From a virus (taxonomy: Duplodnaviria; Caudoviricetes): a stretch of 55,635 bases of DNA. The stretch lies in the IMG/VR virus record IMGVR_UViG_3300003319_000118, positions 1 to 55,635 of that record. One strand, 5' to 3'. Each line of letters begins with the position of its first letter. Position 1 is the stretch's first letter. The notes under the pieces are model-generated. The model did not search any database, was not told the DNA's origin, and saw only the letters and a list, made by a program, of their open reading frames with translations. Below are positions 1 through 8,963 of the stretch, in pieces. The position numbers were made by a program, and so were the translations under genes.

Positions 1-345
1 TGGGTCGTCACCTTCCCCGGCCTCACCTGTTCGTGTCCGGCCGCGCGTCTCCCCTACTGCTCACACAGGGCGACGGCCGTTGACCGCTACTTCACCGTCG
101 AGGGTACGGGCTTCGAGTTGTCGGAGTACACGAAGGCGCTCATGGATGCACGTCTCGCCCTGCGCCTCCGCATCCGGTCAGGAGAGACCACGAAGAATGA
201 CCGCACCTACTTAAGATTTTGCGAGCGGTTCTACAGAGACAAGTTGGCGAAGGCTGCGGCCGTAGTCCCGCCCATCACGGAGACGGTTGTGCGTGAAGGC
301 GGCAGGACTCGCACGATTACGCGCTGCGGCAGTTTCACTATCTGA
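1..345 (+). CDS. SWIM-type zinc-finger protein, 5' truncated by the window edge
   Basis: Frame 1 is open from base 1 (WVVTFPGLTCSCPAARLPYCSHR...) into track ORF 118..345; CxC-x7-CxH pattern. Confidence 0.6.
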   Translation, partial: WVVTFPGLTCSCPAARLPYCSHRATAVDRYFTVEGTGFELSEYTKALMDARLALRLRIRSGETTKNDRTYLRFCERFYRDKLAKAAAVVPPITETVVREGGRTRTITRCGSFTI

Positions 346-359
346 AAAGGAGTTTCCCC

Positions 360-533
360 ATGTTCATCGACGTACTCGAACAACCCGACACAGACTGCCC
401 GCTCTGCTTCCAGCCCTTGAACGGCGAGCAGTTCTTTCATCTCTCCTGTGCACAGGAGGAGAACGCCCGCGCGGACGCGGTGAACTTGGACGACGACACG
501 GACGATGGCGAGTGGAACCGCTGGGAAGTCTAA
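360..533 (+). CDS. small acidic hypothetical protein (CxxC)
   Basis: AAGGAG RBS; MFIDVLEQPDTDCPLC...RWEV*; read by hand, below track cutoff. Confidence 0.55.
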   Translation: MFIDVLEQPDTDCPLCFQPLNGEQFFHLSCAQEENARADAVNLDDDTDDGEWNRWEV

Positions 534-697
534 TGAGCCTCCAACGCTACAGCTACATGCACAGGACTTCCCCGCCCCGGCGGTCGAAGTTCCACGCGCG
601 CCGACACCCTCTCAGCACCCGCAAGGGCTTGATTGAGGAGCTTGACCGCGCCGATCTTATGAACCGCTTCAACTACGCAACAGACAAAACCGACTAA
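533..697 (+). CDS. small hypothetical protein
   Basis: TAATG coupling to previous gene; 3' part of track ORF 287..697. Confidence 0.5.
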   Translation: MSLQRYSYMHRTSPPRRSKFHARRHPLSTRKGLIEELDRADLMNRFNYATDKTD

Positions 698-709
698 CCA
701 CCCCGCCCC

Positions 710-805
710 CACCCGGGCACGAAGTCGGTTGATTCGAACGAACCTTCTCAGGCCAACGCTTCTACTGAAACGCTTGACGCCTGAAGCCGAACCGCTCGGC
801 TCAAG
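710..805 (-). ncRNA. putative TnpB omega RNA 3' part plus guide
   Basis: AGCCGAGCGGTTCGGCT hairpin and TCAGGC...GCCTGAGAAG pairing overlap the tnpB 3' end, as expected for omega RNAs; boundaries uncertain. Confidence 0.55.
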
Positions 806-1909
806 ATAACGAGAGCACTTACATGGTCACGAGGCAGAGACAACCCGCAAGACTGGCAATCATGCCAACGATCCGAAAGCGTTTTGCGAACCTCTGCCCC
901 GCAGGTGCATGTCTGACTTGTACCGTTGGGATTCACACGAACCAGTACGCGCCCGGCGCTCTCAGCCTTGTACGCGATGAAGTTCAGGAATTGCCCCCAT
1001 GCGGCATCCGTGACGGACTTCGCCAACATCGTGCGGGCGAGTCCCTTGATATTCAAATCCTCGACCGCAATCAGGCCGTGATTGTTGACGAGCCAGCGAG
1101 AAAGATTGTGGTGGAAGTCTGCACGTTGGTTACGAACGTGCGCGTGAGCGCGTTGCAGAAGTTGAACCGCCTTGCGTCTCCGATTCGAGCCCTTCTTGCG
1201 GCGTGCCACGCGCCGCTGCGCTCGCCTGAATCTCTTTTGCGCCGCGCGATAGTGGCGCGGATTTTCAATCTCAGTCCCATCATCAAGTGTGGCGAACGCA
1301 GAGAGTCCAACGTCAACGCCAACCCTCGCATCGCACGCGGGCAGCGTCTTTGGTTCACACTCACAGACGAACACGGCAAACCATCGGCCTGCCTCGCGCT
1401 TGATGTGCAACTCTTTGATTTCGCCTTCAACGGGGCGGTGCAGCTTGATTCTGACTTGACCGACCTTCGAGATGCGGAGATGTCTTTCGGTGAGCGCGTG
1501 GCCGATCTGTCGGAAGGTCAAAGAGTCGTAACGACGGAAGGATTTAAAACGTGGGTAGCCCGGCTGTTCGCCTCGCTTCACTCTACGAAAGAAAGCCTTG
1601 AATGCTTTATCCACCCGCTTCAGAACGTCCTCAACTGCGTTGGAGTTTACGCCCGCCAAGTCGGGGCGCAGTTTCTTGATTTCGGGCAGTTGCTTGGACT
1701 GGTCGTAGAAACTGACGGAGACGCGATTCAACTTCCAAGCATCGCGGCGCTCTTGGAGAGCTGCGTTGTAGAGTTCGGCGCACAAGGCAAGTTGGCATTC
1801 AAGTGTCTCGGCCTGAGACTTCGTCGGATAGAGTCTGAATTTGAATGCCTTGAGCATGGCTAATTATAACACCGTCAGTAGTTTGGCGGGAAAATCTCCG
1901 GGCACGAAG
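713..1909 (-). mobile_element. solo tnpB cassette (no tnpA) bounded by 12-bp direct repeat CCGGGCACGAAG
   Basis: Repeat at 713-724 and 1898-1909; cassette is antisense to surrounding early genes. Confidence 0.6.
748..1857 (-). CDS. tnpB: RNA-guided endonuclease TnpB (IS200/IS605 OrfB family)
   Basis: N-term KAFKFRLYPT, GYPRFKS, RuvC-I VGVDVG, RuvC-II IAVEDL, Zn ribbon TSQTCTCG..CQSCG, RuvC-III RD. Confidence 0.95.
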   Translation of the reverse strand: MLKAFKFRLYPTKSQAETLECQLALCAELYNAALQERRDAWKLNRVSVSFYDQSKQLPEIKKLRPDLAGVNSNAVEDVLKRVDKAFKAFFRRVKRGEQPGYPRFKSFRRYDSLTFRQIGHALTERHLRISKVGQVRIKLHRPVEGEIKELHIKREAGRWFAVFVCECEPKTLPACDARVGVDVGLSAFATLDDGTEIENPRHYRAAQKRFRRAQRRVARRKKGSNRRRKAVQLLQRAHAHVRNQRADFHHNLSRWLVNNHGLIAVEDLNIKGLARTMLAKSVTDAAWGQFLNFIAYKAESAGRVLVRVNPNGTSQTCTCGAEVRKTLSDRWHDCQSCGLSLPRDHVSALVILSRAVRLQASSVSVEALA

Positions 1910-1917
1910 GAGAGACG

Positions 1918-2151
1918 ATGAAACGACGAGCGGTGCAGCAGTACGGGAGCGACGGCCAACCCGTGTACATCGTCAGGACGCGAAGCGGCCGTCGCTACTA
2001 CCTCACCGGCAAGCCGTCGGAGTTGCGGCAGATGTGTAACGACGAAGCTCTGCCGCTTGACCCGTCCGACCCGCTGAGCGAGACGGATACGGTCGTGAGC
2101 GTGCGGCGCTATAAGCGGGTGCCGCACGGAGAGGCGAAACGTCATGCCTGA
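1918..2151 (+). CDS. hypothetical early protein
   Basis: AGGAGAGACG RBS, overlaps next gene. Confidence 0.6.
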   Translation: MKRRAVQQYGSDGQPVYIVRTRSGRRYYLTGKPSELRQMCNDEALPLDPSDPLSETDTVVSVRRYKRVPHGEAKRHA

Positions 2152-2377
2152 CAAAACCGGCTTCCTGTTGAATGTCGAGACGACCGGTCGTCTCGACATT
2201 GACGGCGCGGATCAACTCGCCACGGAGATTTTATTGATACTGGCCGAGCGCCTCGGTCACGTCGAAGTGAGCGGCCGGCACGTCGAGCGCGTGAGTATCG
2301 AACTGGCACGCACCGGACTACTAAAACACTCTGTCGGCTTCGGCGATGACGGAAGAGCGCTTGAGCGTCGCCTTTGA
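2144..2377 (+). CDS. hypothetical early protein
   Basis: Coupled ORF in + strand cluster. Confidence 0.6.
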   Translation: MPDKTGFLLNVETTGRLDIDGADQLATEILLILAERLGHVEVSGRHVERVSIELARTGLLKHSVGFGDDGRALERRL

Positions 2378-2425
2378 GAAGTGAGCAGGAACCCACCCCC
2401 AATGGGCAACAGGAGAGACGAGACG

Positions 2426-3106
2426 ATGAGCGAAACGAGTTTCACCCCCGGCCCTTGGATGGCCTTCGCGGACGGATACCGCGGGCACGAGATACGAGCG
2501 CAAGGCAAGGCGGTCGGCTACGTCTACGGCGCGCACGACGCGCAACTCGTAACCGCCACCCCTGACTTCGCAACACTGGCCGGGACGCTTATCGCAAGGT
2601 TCGGAGGGACGCCCGCAGACGAACTCGCGCTGCAAATCGCGGAAGACCCTTCAACGCTGACTGATTGCGTTGCCCTCGCCCGCGCAGCCGTCAACAAAGC
2701 ACTCGGCAACGAAATCTTTGAGCGCCTGAATCGCCTCTCGCGTGAAGAGTACGAGGCGGCCGTTGCCGTCGTGCGAAGGCTCGCTCGCGATGAAGAGGTC
2801 TCCGACGGTGAACTGGCCGACGCCATGTTCGAGATGTCTAACCGCCTCGACATCTTCAACGCTTTACTTCCCCTCTGCTCAGAGATGCTTGAACGCTTCA
2901 TGCGACACGCCGGGATTGAGGAGACGCCGCGCGGGATAAGCCTGAGCATGATCGAAGAGGCGAAACGTGATGCGCGACGCGACGAAGAATTGGACACAGC
3001 ACACGAACTGCGCGCCTGCGGAGGCGACTGCCCACGTTGCCAGCAAGAGCGTGCGGAACAACGCGACGAGCAGTTTGAAGAGTGTGAAGAGTTGGACGTG
3101 CCGTAA
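2426..3106 (+). CDS. hypothetical phage early protein (TPGPW N-terminal motif)
   Basis: AGGAG upstream of ATG 2426; FTPGPW motif is common in phage early proteins. Confidence 0.7.
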   Translation: MSETSFTPGPWMAFADGYRGHEIRAQGKAVGYVYGAHDAQLVTATPDFATLAGTLIARFGGTPADELALQIAEDPSTLTDCVALARAAVNKALGNEIFERLNRLSREEYEAAVAVVRRLARDEEVSDGELADAMFEMSNRLDIFNALLPLCSEMLERFMRHAGIEETPRGISLSMIEEAKRDARRDEELDTAHELRACGGDCPRCQQERAEQRDEQFEECEELDVP

Positions 3107-3138
3107 TCGCCCCTCCCCCTTACAAGGAGACTGAACCG

Positions 3139-3567
3139 ATGACGAGCCTGATGACCGACGAAGAATTAGAGCCCACGAAGCGTGAGCAAATCCTTTCTCT
3201 CTACGAAGGCGGCACCAAAGACATCGCGGAGATCGTCAAACAGGTCAAAGCGCGTCCTTCCTACGTGGCACAGGTCTTACAGCAGGCCGGACATCTGGAA
3301 GACTACTTCGACCTCTACACAACTACCCACGCCGAGCGCGGCGTTTACTCGCGCTTCTTTCGCAACGTGCTCTCGTTCCGCAACGTGGAGACCGCGCAAG
3401 AGTCTTGCCTGAAACTCTCTCGCCTCTACGACTACTTTGAGCGATTGGGCGACCACGCAGGCCAACACCACGCAACGATTCTCGCCCTGACAGGTAAGAA
3501 CCGTGCGCGATGGTCAGGGAAGATGGACGAATCACAAATCTTTTCCGACTGGCTTGCAACCCATTGA
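3139..3567 (+). CDS. conserved-looking protein with N-terminal HTH, possibly host-derived
   Basis: AAGGAG RBS; KREQILSLY..DIAEIVKQVKARPSYVAQVL HTH-like segment. Confidence 0.7.
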   Translation: MTSLMTDEELEPTKREQILSLYEGGTKDIAEIVKQVKARPSYVAQVLQQAGHLEDYFDLYTTTHAERGVYSRFFRNVLSFRNVETAQESCLKLSRLYDYFERLGDHAGQHHATILALTGKNRARWSGKMDESQIFSDWLATH

Positions 3568-3582
3568 ACAGGAGACATCCCC

Positions 3583-3828
3583 ATGCCCGGCTATCTCATG
3601 CAAGAGCTTTTCCCCGACAACCCCCACGCGCCTTACTCCGAAGAGTGGCGCGAAGAGAACCACAGGCAGCACGTCCGCCGACTCGACACAGACCCGGAGT
3701 ACGCGCGCGACTACGCAGAAGCGTGCGCCGTGGACAACTACCTGTCCGACATAGCCGAGCGCGAGTTTGAAGGCGAGGGCAATGAGCCCGACAACGACGA
3801 CCCCATTCAGTCAATAGAGTGGCTATGA
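3583..3828 (+). CDS. acidic hypothetical protein
   Basis: AGGAG RBS, operon position. Confidence 0.6.
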   Translation: MPGYLMQELFPDNPHAPYSEEWREENHRQHVRRLDTDPEYARDYAEACAVDNYLSDIAEREFEGEGNEPDNDDPIQSIEWL

Positions 3829-3837
3829 GGAGCACAG

Positions 3838-4059
3838 ATGCCGAACCGAGAAAGCTTCATCAACTCCCTGCGCCAGTTAGCGGAGACCACCAAAGAGGCG
3901 GGAGAACTGCCCGCCGCGGGAGTCCTCTTCGCCCTCTGCGCCGCGATGGTCGAGGGGCGCGAGATGGAACTGTTCGCCCTGACCGTCCCGTTCGCCGCGG
4001 CGCAGTACGAGCGACTGACGGGTGGGCCCGATTGGGGCGACGACACGCTAAAGGTATGA
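3838..4059 (+). CDS. hypothetical protein
   Basis: GAGGAG RBS; ATGA overlap with next gene. Confidence 0.6.
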   Translation: MPNRESFINSLRQLAETTKEAGELPAAGVLFALCAAMVEGREMELFALTVPFAAAQYERLTGGPDWGDDTLKV

Positions 4060-4583
4060 TCGTGACCCTTCCCCGCAAAGCCCACCACAAGACTTTCAAG
4101 CCGCGCAAAGCTCCGCTAGGGCGCTCACCCTTCCGCCGTGGTGTGGCAGGTAATTACTCGTCCACCTTCAAGCCTCGCCACAGGCTGAACCGTGGGCACC
4201 ACCCCATTGACACCTTCAAAGGTTTGGTCGAGGCGAACGATGAAGTAGTGAGCCTGATTACGCGCGGACGCGAGACTGAGTGTATCTGTTGCGGGTCTAC
4301 TGAGGAGTTGACCAACGGACATTTGTTCTCACGCCGACACCACGCGACGCGCTTTGACGTGACCGAAGATGGCAACTGCCACACGCAATGCTGGCCGTGC
4401 AACAAACGGCATCAGTCCAACAAAGACCCGTACACATTCGCCTTCGTCCGGCGCTTCGGGTCTGAAGCACTTGCGCGCGTCAGAGATCGTGCGCTCTCGG
4501 GCGAGAAGTTCACGAAGGACGAGTTGAGGCGGATGCTTGATAGCAACCGTGAGTTGTTGAGGATGATGAGGAAAGCAGCATGA
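4056..4583 (+). CDS. NinG/Rap-like HNH-type recombination endonuclease
   Basis: CICCG..GHLFSR..ATRFD..NCHTQCWPCN; ATGA coupling at both ends. Confidence 0.8.
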   Translation: MIVTLPRKAHHKTFKPRKAPLGRSPFRRGVAGNYSSTFKPRHRLNRGHHPIDTFKGLVEANDEVVSLITRGRETECICCGSTEELTNGHLFSRRHHATRFDVTEDGNCHTQCWPCNKRHQSNKDPYTFAFVRRFGSEALARVRDRALSGEKFTKDELRRMLDSNRELLRMMRKAA

Positions 4584-5359
4584 GCGCACAAGTAAACATA
4601 CCCGATGAAGTCCTAAGCATCCTGAAACGCTCGCGCGTCGAGGGCGACAAGTTGTATCTACCACGAGAGCAGTTAGAGCGCGGCCTTTACGAGCAAGTCA
4701 ATAAGGCGCTGTCGAAGCTCGGCGGCAAGTGGAAGGGCGGCAAGGTTCGCGCGCACGTCTTTGATCGGGATGTATCGGAAGTTATTCAGACGGCGGTCGG
4801 CGTGGGTTCATTCATTGACGAGAAGAAAGAATTTCAATTCTTCGAGACGCCGCGTGCCGTGGCCGAGCGCATGATTGAGTTGGCCGACCTTCGCCCGGGG
4901 CAGATGATTCTTGAGCCGAGCGCGGGCATGGGGAAACTGGCTCACATCATTCAACAACAGATGCCCGAAGGCTGCTCGCTGTGCGTCTGTGAAGTGAATC
5001 CCTTTATGCGCCTGCGCCTTGAGTCGGCGGGCTTCCGTGTCGCGGCCTTCCCCGGCTTCGACTTTCTCAGATATGAGCCTCACGGAGCGCAATACGTCTT
5101 CGACCGCATCATTCAGAACCCGCCTTTCTCAAAAGGGCAGGACGCCGAGCACCTGATACACGCCTTCTACTGCCTCGCGCCCGGTGGACGCCTCGTCTCC
5201 GTGATGAGCGCGGGCATTACCTTCAGGCAGGATACGGCGTACCGCGAGACCGCCTCTGTGGTGCGCGACTTCGGCGGCTCAATCGAAGAGTTGCCAGCGG
5301 GCAGCTTCAAGGAGAGCGGGACTAACACGCGAGCGGTGATCGTCACGCTGAACAAGTGA
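4580..5359 (+). CDS. SAM-dependent N6-adenine DNA methyltransferase
   Basis: QFFETP, ILEPSAGMG (motif I), IIQNPPF (motif IV), GSFKESGT. Confidence 0.88.
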   Translation: MSAQVNIPDEVLSILKRSRVEGDKLYLPREQLERGLYEQVNKALSKLGGKWKGGKVRAHVFDRDVSEVIQTAVGVGSFIDEKKEFQFFETPRAVAERMIELADLRPGQMILEPSAGMGKLAHIIQQQMPEGCSLCVCEVNPFMRLRLESAGFRVAAFPGFDFLRYEPHGAQYVFDRIIQNPPFSKGQDAEHLIHAFYCLAPGGRLVSVMSAGITFRQDTAYRETASVVRDFGGSIEELPAGSFKESGTNTRAVIVTLNK

Positions 5360-5479
5360 CGGCGCGCAAGCGCCCCTTAACTGCTCACGCTCGCGTGAAC
5401 CCGAGTAAGGCGAAGGCAACCAAACGCTCTTGAACTGCACACCACCCCCGCCCCCCGGGGCACAACGAAAGGCGCACCG

Positions 5480-5757
5480 ATGAACTACTTACGAGAAGCG
5501 AACGTCGCACGCGCGACGGAAGATTTCAAGACCTATCAGAATGCAGGCGTCCTGTACTTTACGACCGCACTAGCGGGTGAAGTTGGGGAGCTGTGCAACC
5601 TCATCAAGAAGATGGAACGGGCGAAGGTCGGCGGGCCGGACATCGGCTATTGGGACAGAGACCCGGCTACAAAGCGTGGCGAACGTTGGACGGCGAGCGA
5701 ATCGAACCACGACCGACACATTGGATGCCGCTTCCAAGTCCGCCAGAGGCCAGATAG
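5480..5757 (+). pseudogene. chimeric MazG-like N-terminus fused to frameshifted DUF551-like C-terminus
   Basis: ALAGEVGELCNLIKK (MazG-like half-site), then IGYWD and, in a shifted frame, GYKAWRTLDGERIEPRPTHWMPLPSPP*. Confidence 0.6.
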
Positions 5758-5855
5758 GGCGTCCCCTCGGCGTCTCAGAGGGGAAGATGAAGGCGTAAAG
5801 CCTTATGGCAGAGGGGCTAGGTTATTGCGCTCTCAAGCGCGCGTGAGGTTGAAGG

Positions 5856-6707
5856 ATGGCGAAGGCTGAGCTGGCACAAGAAGTGAGGGAGAGGCCGATT
5901 ATCTTTAGCGGGCGGCATGTCGTTGCCATCCTCTTGGGGCGCAAGACGCAAACGCGCCGCGTCGTTAAGTGGAAGCTCCGCGAAGAGGGGTTGAATCTGT
6001 CGGCCTCTTCTCTATCGCTCGGCTTCTACTGTACCGACATGCCGTCCAGTGGCTACGTCCTGAGAAGCCGCGATGGGCGGGGGCTCTGGAATGACAGGAC
6101 GTACCCGCTCCATTCCCCCCACGGTGCGCCCGATGAGCGCCTGTGGGTGCGGGAGGCTCTGTGGGTGAGCGATTGTGGCAACTACTACGCCCGCCAAGCC
6201 AACGAATCCTGCTCGGATATGGAAGTCCTCACTTTAGACGGTGAGACGGTATGGAGAAGTACGCCGCCGCCATATGAGTACGCCTTGCCCCACTCAACGA
6301 CCGGGTGGAGTAACCGTAGCCACGTCCGCGAGGGCGCGTGTGAAGTAAGTTTCGCGGACTGCGACCCGACAATAAAGATTGAGCCGTTCAAGGGCAATAC
6401 CATCCTGCGAAATTATAAAGCCGTCTTCTCTAAGCGCCTCTCCCCTTATCACATGCCGCGACGGCTATCGCGGCTCACGCTGGAAATAGAGTCGGTGAGA
6501 ATCGAAAGATTGAAGGACGTCACGCCGCACGATGCCTGCGGCGAATACGCCACATTCTATTGCGGACAGCATGTCCCGAGCGCGATGTGCGTTGAAGGAT
6601 TCACGCGGGGCTGGGACACGCTGAACGCCAAGCGCGGCTTCGGTTGGGATACAAACCCGTGGGTCTGGGTACTGTCCTTCCGCAGAATGCAACCCGCTCG
6701 CGCCTGA
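5856..6707 (+). CDS. conserved phage protein (ASCH-like, GRKTQTRR / NPWVWV family)
   Basis: ERPIIFS..AILLGRKTQTRR, LWVRE, HMPRRLSRLTLEI, WDTNPWVWV. Confidence 0.8.
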   Translation: MAKAELAQEVRERPIIFSGRHVVAILLGRKTQTRRVVKWKLREEGLNLSASSLSLGFYCTDMPSSGYVLRSRDGRGLWNDRTYPLHSPHGAPDERLWVREALWVSDCGNYYARQANESCSDMEVLTLDGETVWRSTPPPYEYALPHSTTGWSNRSHVREGACEVSFADCDPTIKIEPFKGNTILRNYKAVFSKRLSPYHMPRRLSRLTLEIESVRIERLKDVTPHDACGEYATFYCGQHVPSAMCVEGFTRGWDTLNAKRGFGWDTNPWVWVLSFRRMQPARA

Positions 6708-6737
6708 GAGCGCGCACCCCCTCATCACGAAGGGCGG

Positions 6738-7814
6738 CTACTCCCCTTTGGTCTTTGACAGCTCGGTCTTAACCTGCTCCCAGTCTTCCGCGTGGAAACC
6801 GCCCGCGAACTGCTCTTCGATCTGTTCAAGCGTGCGCTTCTCATGTTCCATGTAGTCGAGCAGGAAGGCGATGCGTTCCTTCAACTCTTCTTCTGAGAGT
6901 CGCCGATTCGGGTCAGGGGCTTGGCCGCGGAACTGCTCTTCAGAGAGGGTGCGCGAAGCTTGCGAGCGCTCAGGGCGCGTTTTAGGAGCGAAGAGGCGGG
7001 TCAGGTGTGCGGCGGCAAACTTGGCGGCGTCTCCAACGACATCGGTGTTTAAGCGGGCGCGCCGTATCTCGTCGGCCACAAGCCGCAACGCGGGCTGCCA
7101 GTCGCCGCGCCCAGTCTTTAGTTCCCTTTCGAGTTCGCGCAGGGGTCGAAGCTCATCATCATCTGTAGTAGTTGTCTTAATAGAAGTCTTGGGTTCGTCG
7201 GAAGGTCTTTGAAAATCAACGGCTTGACCCCCACCACCCAACACCAGATTTTGGTTGGTGGGTGGGGCCAGATTTTGGTTGGTAGCTGGTTGGTGGGTGG
7301 TCTGTGGCTGGTGGCTGGTGGGTGGTGCCTCCTCCGGCGTCAGGACTTCGTAGTCTGCGCCGGTGTTGTCGCCGCGGACGTAATGGCGGCGGACAAGGCC
7401 GACACGCTCTAAATGCTTCAAGTGTGCCTTCAGGGTGTTGTGGCTCACGCCCGCCCAAGCCATCACCTCATCGAGCGTCGCCCGCACCGTCCGGCGCGGC
7501 ACGACCGCCCCCCGCGTGCGCTGGTATAGGGCGTCATAGGTCTTCTTACTCTCGCCTTTGAACCGTCCCGCCGGCAGCGCATCCCTGACCACCGAGTTCG
7601 GCACGCGAACGAAATCCCGCGCGGGGGCTATAGGGTGGGTGGTAGGTGGTGGCTGGTCGGTGGCTGGTGGGTGGTGGGTGGTCTGCGCCGCGAGTGCAGG
7701 CCCGACCAAATTAAATATCGGGTGGTCGGGCGGCGGGGTAGGCGACTCAAGCGGCTTGGCCGGCTCGCGCACCGGCAGTTTCGAGGTGCGCGGTTTAGGC
7801 TTGGCGTCCTTCAT
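6738..7814 (-). CDS. putative plasmid-type replication initiator (wHTH)
   Basis: FVRVPNSV, wHTH (WAGVSHNTLKAHLKHLERVGLV); coupled to parA; internal DNA repeats. Confidence 0.65.
   Translation of the reverse strand: MKDAKPKPRTSKLPVREPAKPLESPTPPPDHPIFNLVGPALAAQTTHHPPATDQPPPTTHPIAPARDFVRVPNSVVRDALPAGRFKGESKKTYDALYQRTRGAVVPRRTVRATLDEVMAWAGVSHNTLKAHLKHLERVGLVRRHYVRGDNTGADYEVLTPEEAPPTSHQPQTTHQPATNQNLAPPTNQNLVLGGGGQAVDFQRPSDEPKTSIKTTTTDDDELRPLRELERELKTGRGDWQPALRLVADEIRRARLNTDVVGDAAKFAAAHLTRLFAPKTRPERSQASRTLSEEQFRGQAPDPNRRLSEEELKERIAFLLDYMEHEKRTLEQIEEQFAGGFHAEDWEQVKTELSKTKGE
7244..7327. repeat. iteron-like repeats within rep
   Basis: CCAGATTTTGGTTGGT at 7244 and 7268, followed by a TGGN tetramer run; second TGGN run at about 7633-7683. 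Confidence 0.65.
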
Positions 7815-8614
7815 AATTTGCTTACCACGCGCAGGCCGGGGGCGTTCGCCGCCACGCCGATGCGCTCAAGTATCTCATCGGTCAGTTCCGCGTACTGTAC
7901 CGCGCCGCGGCTGTTGGGTGCGTAATACTGAATCGGTTGATGGACGGAAGGGGATTCTTCGAGTTTGGCCTGTGCGTGTATTACGGTGCCGAAGGCTCTC
8001 TCGCCCGACTTCTCCTTGAACTCCATGAGCGACGCGCCCGAGACGTTCATCCGTTTGTCGAACATCGTGCAGACGGTTCCGAGCACGCGCAGGTTTTCGT
8101 TCAGGCCGCGCGCACCATTGATGGCGTCCATCAGGTCTTCAAAGCCGTTCAGCGCGAAGGGGGCGGCCTTGATGGGAATGATGACGAAATCCGCCGCCGC
8201 CAGCGCCGTGGTGAGCAGGAGCCCCAGATTGGGCGGCGTGTCGATGACGGCGAAGTCGTACCGACCCTGCACGGCCTTCAGCGCGCTCCGCAGTTTCGTG
8301 ATCGAAAGGGGGCTCTCGCGCTCGAACTTGGCGAGGTTGATGTTGGCCGCCACCATGTCGAGCTTCGGCACGGCCGTCGTCAGCCCCTTCTCAACAAGTG
8401 ACGCCGCCGGCTCCGACCCCCCGCCGAGCAGTACGTCGGAGAGCGTGGACGTAACCTGCTCGGGGCTGAAGAAGATTTGGGTGGCGTTGCCTTGCGGGTC
8501 GGCGTCTATCAGGAGGGTCTCGTAGTCGCGGATGGCAAGTTCGGTGCCGACGGTCGCGGCCGTCGTGCTCTTACCCACTCCGCCCTTCTGGTTAGCGACA
8601 GCTATTGTAATCAC
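7811..8614 (-). CDS. parA: ParA/Soj partition ATPase
   Basis: NQKGGVGKST, LLIDADPQGNAT, YDFAVIDTPP. Confidence 0.95.
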   Translation of the reverse strand: MITIAVANQKGGVGKSTTAATVGTELAIRDYETLLIDADPQGNATQIFFSPEQVTSTLSDVLLGGGSEPAASLVEKGLTTAVPKLDMVAANINLAKFERESPLSITKLRSALKAVQGRYDFAVIDTPPNLGLLLTTALAAADFVIIPIKAAPFALNGFEDLMDAINGARGLNENLRVLGTVCTMFDKRMNVSGASLMEFKEKSGERAFGTVIHAQAKLEESPSVHQPIQYYAPNSRGAVQYAELTDEILERIGVAANAPGLRVVSKL

Positions 8615-8632
8615 GATGCGGGCTCCTCGGGC

Positions 8633-8863
8633 TTAGGCGGCCACTTCGCGCTGGAAGTCTTTGATGCGGGCTTCACTCCAACGCCGCCGCCCTTGTTCAA
8701 GGTCGGACAGATACGCGGCGCTGACGCCCAAGCGACCGGCCACGGCGCGCAGGCTTTTACCGCTCCGCTCGCGCAGACGGCGCATCTCGGCCCCGACCGC
8801 TCGGTCATCGGGGATTTGCCCCGTGCCGCGACAGTAGGGGCAGGGTAGGGTCTTCAATCTCAT
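8633..8863 (-). CDS. XRE HTH regulator with N-terminal CxxCxGxG
   Basis: CPYCRGTG; [31 protein letters not shown]. Confidence 0.85.
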   Translation of the reverse strand: MRLKTLPCPYCRGTGQIPDDRAVGAEMRRLRERSGKSLRAVAGRLGVSAAYLSDLEQGRRRWSEARIKDFQREVAA

Positions 8864-8870
8864 GGTCGGG

Positions 8871-8957
8871 ATTTTACACGCGAACCGTCAGCGCGTCAAG
8901 CCGTGTTCGCTAATGTTCGCTTATTTAGTTGACAGACGAAGGGAAGGGGAGTATATT
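8871..8957. promoter_or_regulatory. divergent sigma70-type promoters
   Basis: - strand TTGACG-17-TAAAAT (8899-8871); + strand TTGACA-17-TATATT (8929-8957); TGTTCGCT occurs twice between them. Confidence 0.75.
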
Positions 8958-8963
8958 GAGGTT

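Noticed and set aside
748-1857. Nuclease-dead TldR or Cas12f call
   Set aside because: D, E and D catalytic residues appear intact and there is no CRISPR array nearby.
823-1863. 346-aa + strand ORF
   Set aside because: Antisense shadow of tnpB with no motifs.
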